From NCBI GenBank assembly GCA_025060615.1, contig JANXBS010000002.1, positions 65,244 to 129,243 on the forward strand: a DNA stretch of 64,000 nt, read 5' to 3'. Source of the stretch: Anaerolineae bacterium (lineage in GTDB: Bacteria; Chloroflexota; Anaerolineae; DUEN01). Positions 63,780 to 64,000 of this stretch are shown one piece after another (positions within the stretch are counted from its first letter, which is position 1; every line of letters starts with the position of its first letter). The notes beneath the pieces are model-generated. The model made no database searches. It worked only from the letters and a program-made list of their open reading frames with translations, and had not been told where the DNA came from. A program made the position numbers and the translations under genes.

Positions 63780-64000
63780 TCACCTACTTATCACCGGCAG
63801 GAAAATCACGTGTGGCAGATACAACCAGATCTCCCCGCCATCAACGGTGTTCTCCGTGCCTACGAAAAGGCGATCTTGGAAGATAGTCACGGCGTTGTCC
63901 CAACGGGACCGAATGTTTTTGTGATCGCCAAAGCCGGCAAAGCCCACCTGCTCCCAGACGTTGCCATCTGTTGTTCGCCATACTTGCATTCCCGTTGCGG
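63780..64000 (-). CDS. C-terminus of a paralogous secreted GFGD-repeat protein ending in IFLPVISR (5' part outside window)
   Basis: Frame is open to the right edge. VWRTTDGNVWEQVGFAGFGD...RLFVGTEN..GGEIW matches the repeats in the downstream protein. Confidence 0.8.
   Translation of the reverse strand, partial: ATGMQVWRTTDGNVWEQVGFAGFGDHKNIRSRWDNAVTIFQDRLFVGTENTVDGGEIWLYLPHVIFLPVISR

Overview
A 64 kb, gene-dense, GC-rich bacterial window, most likely from Chloroflexota (Anaerolineae/Caldilineae-like). This is inferred from gene content: a CpXC protein, tandem FemAB, secreted proteins with an [L/I]FLP[L/V][V/I]xR motif and a three-domain CarH. I saw no rRNA, tRNA, CRISPR array or intact transposase. 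Layout: (1) 1-11.9 kb, a minus-strand photoprotection operon led by a B12-dependent CarH/LitR photoreceptor: carH, crtB, crtI, MFS, crtD-like, tspO-like, doxX, photolyase, SRPBCC, P450 and a lycopene cyclase. The ORF track missed the cyclase. (2) 12.2-16.1 kb, a TetR-controlled operon (DHA2 MFS, 4-TM His-containing protein, PucC/BCD-family MFS, TetR), divergent from an orphan FtsX-type permease. (3) 21.9-30.2 kb, a tightly spaced operon: 2H phosphoesterase, polX, SH3 protein, ligA, Uma2, TIGR00300 protein and CpXC protein. (4) Two femAB genes followed by a surface protein with a VPTAVTL-TM-RRRR tail. (5) Housekeeping genes: Mo oxidoreductase, ybaK, a response regulator, GH127, mutS, lon, folC, apgM, msmX, ruvB, queA and a divergent tgt. 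(6) Large secreted beta-propeller proteins. The best leads for new biology are a possible tetrapyrrole-handling module beside the light operon, a globin-like domain fused to CarH, a TGT with a remodelled base-binding loop co-transcribed with a C26 amidohydrolase, a structured switch-like leader of about 320 nt upstream of msmX, and two candidate protein-sorting motifs. All family calls come from motif recognition by eye; no searches were run.
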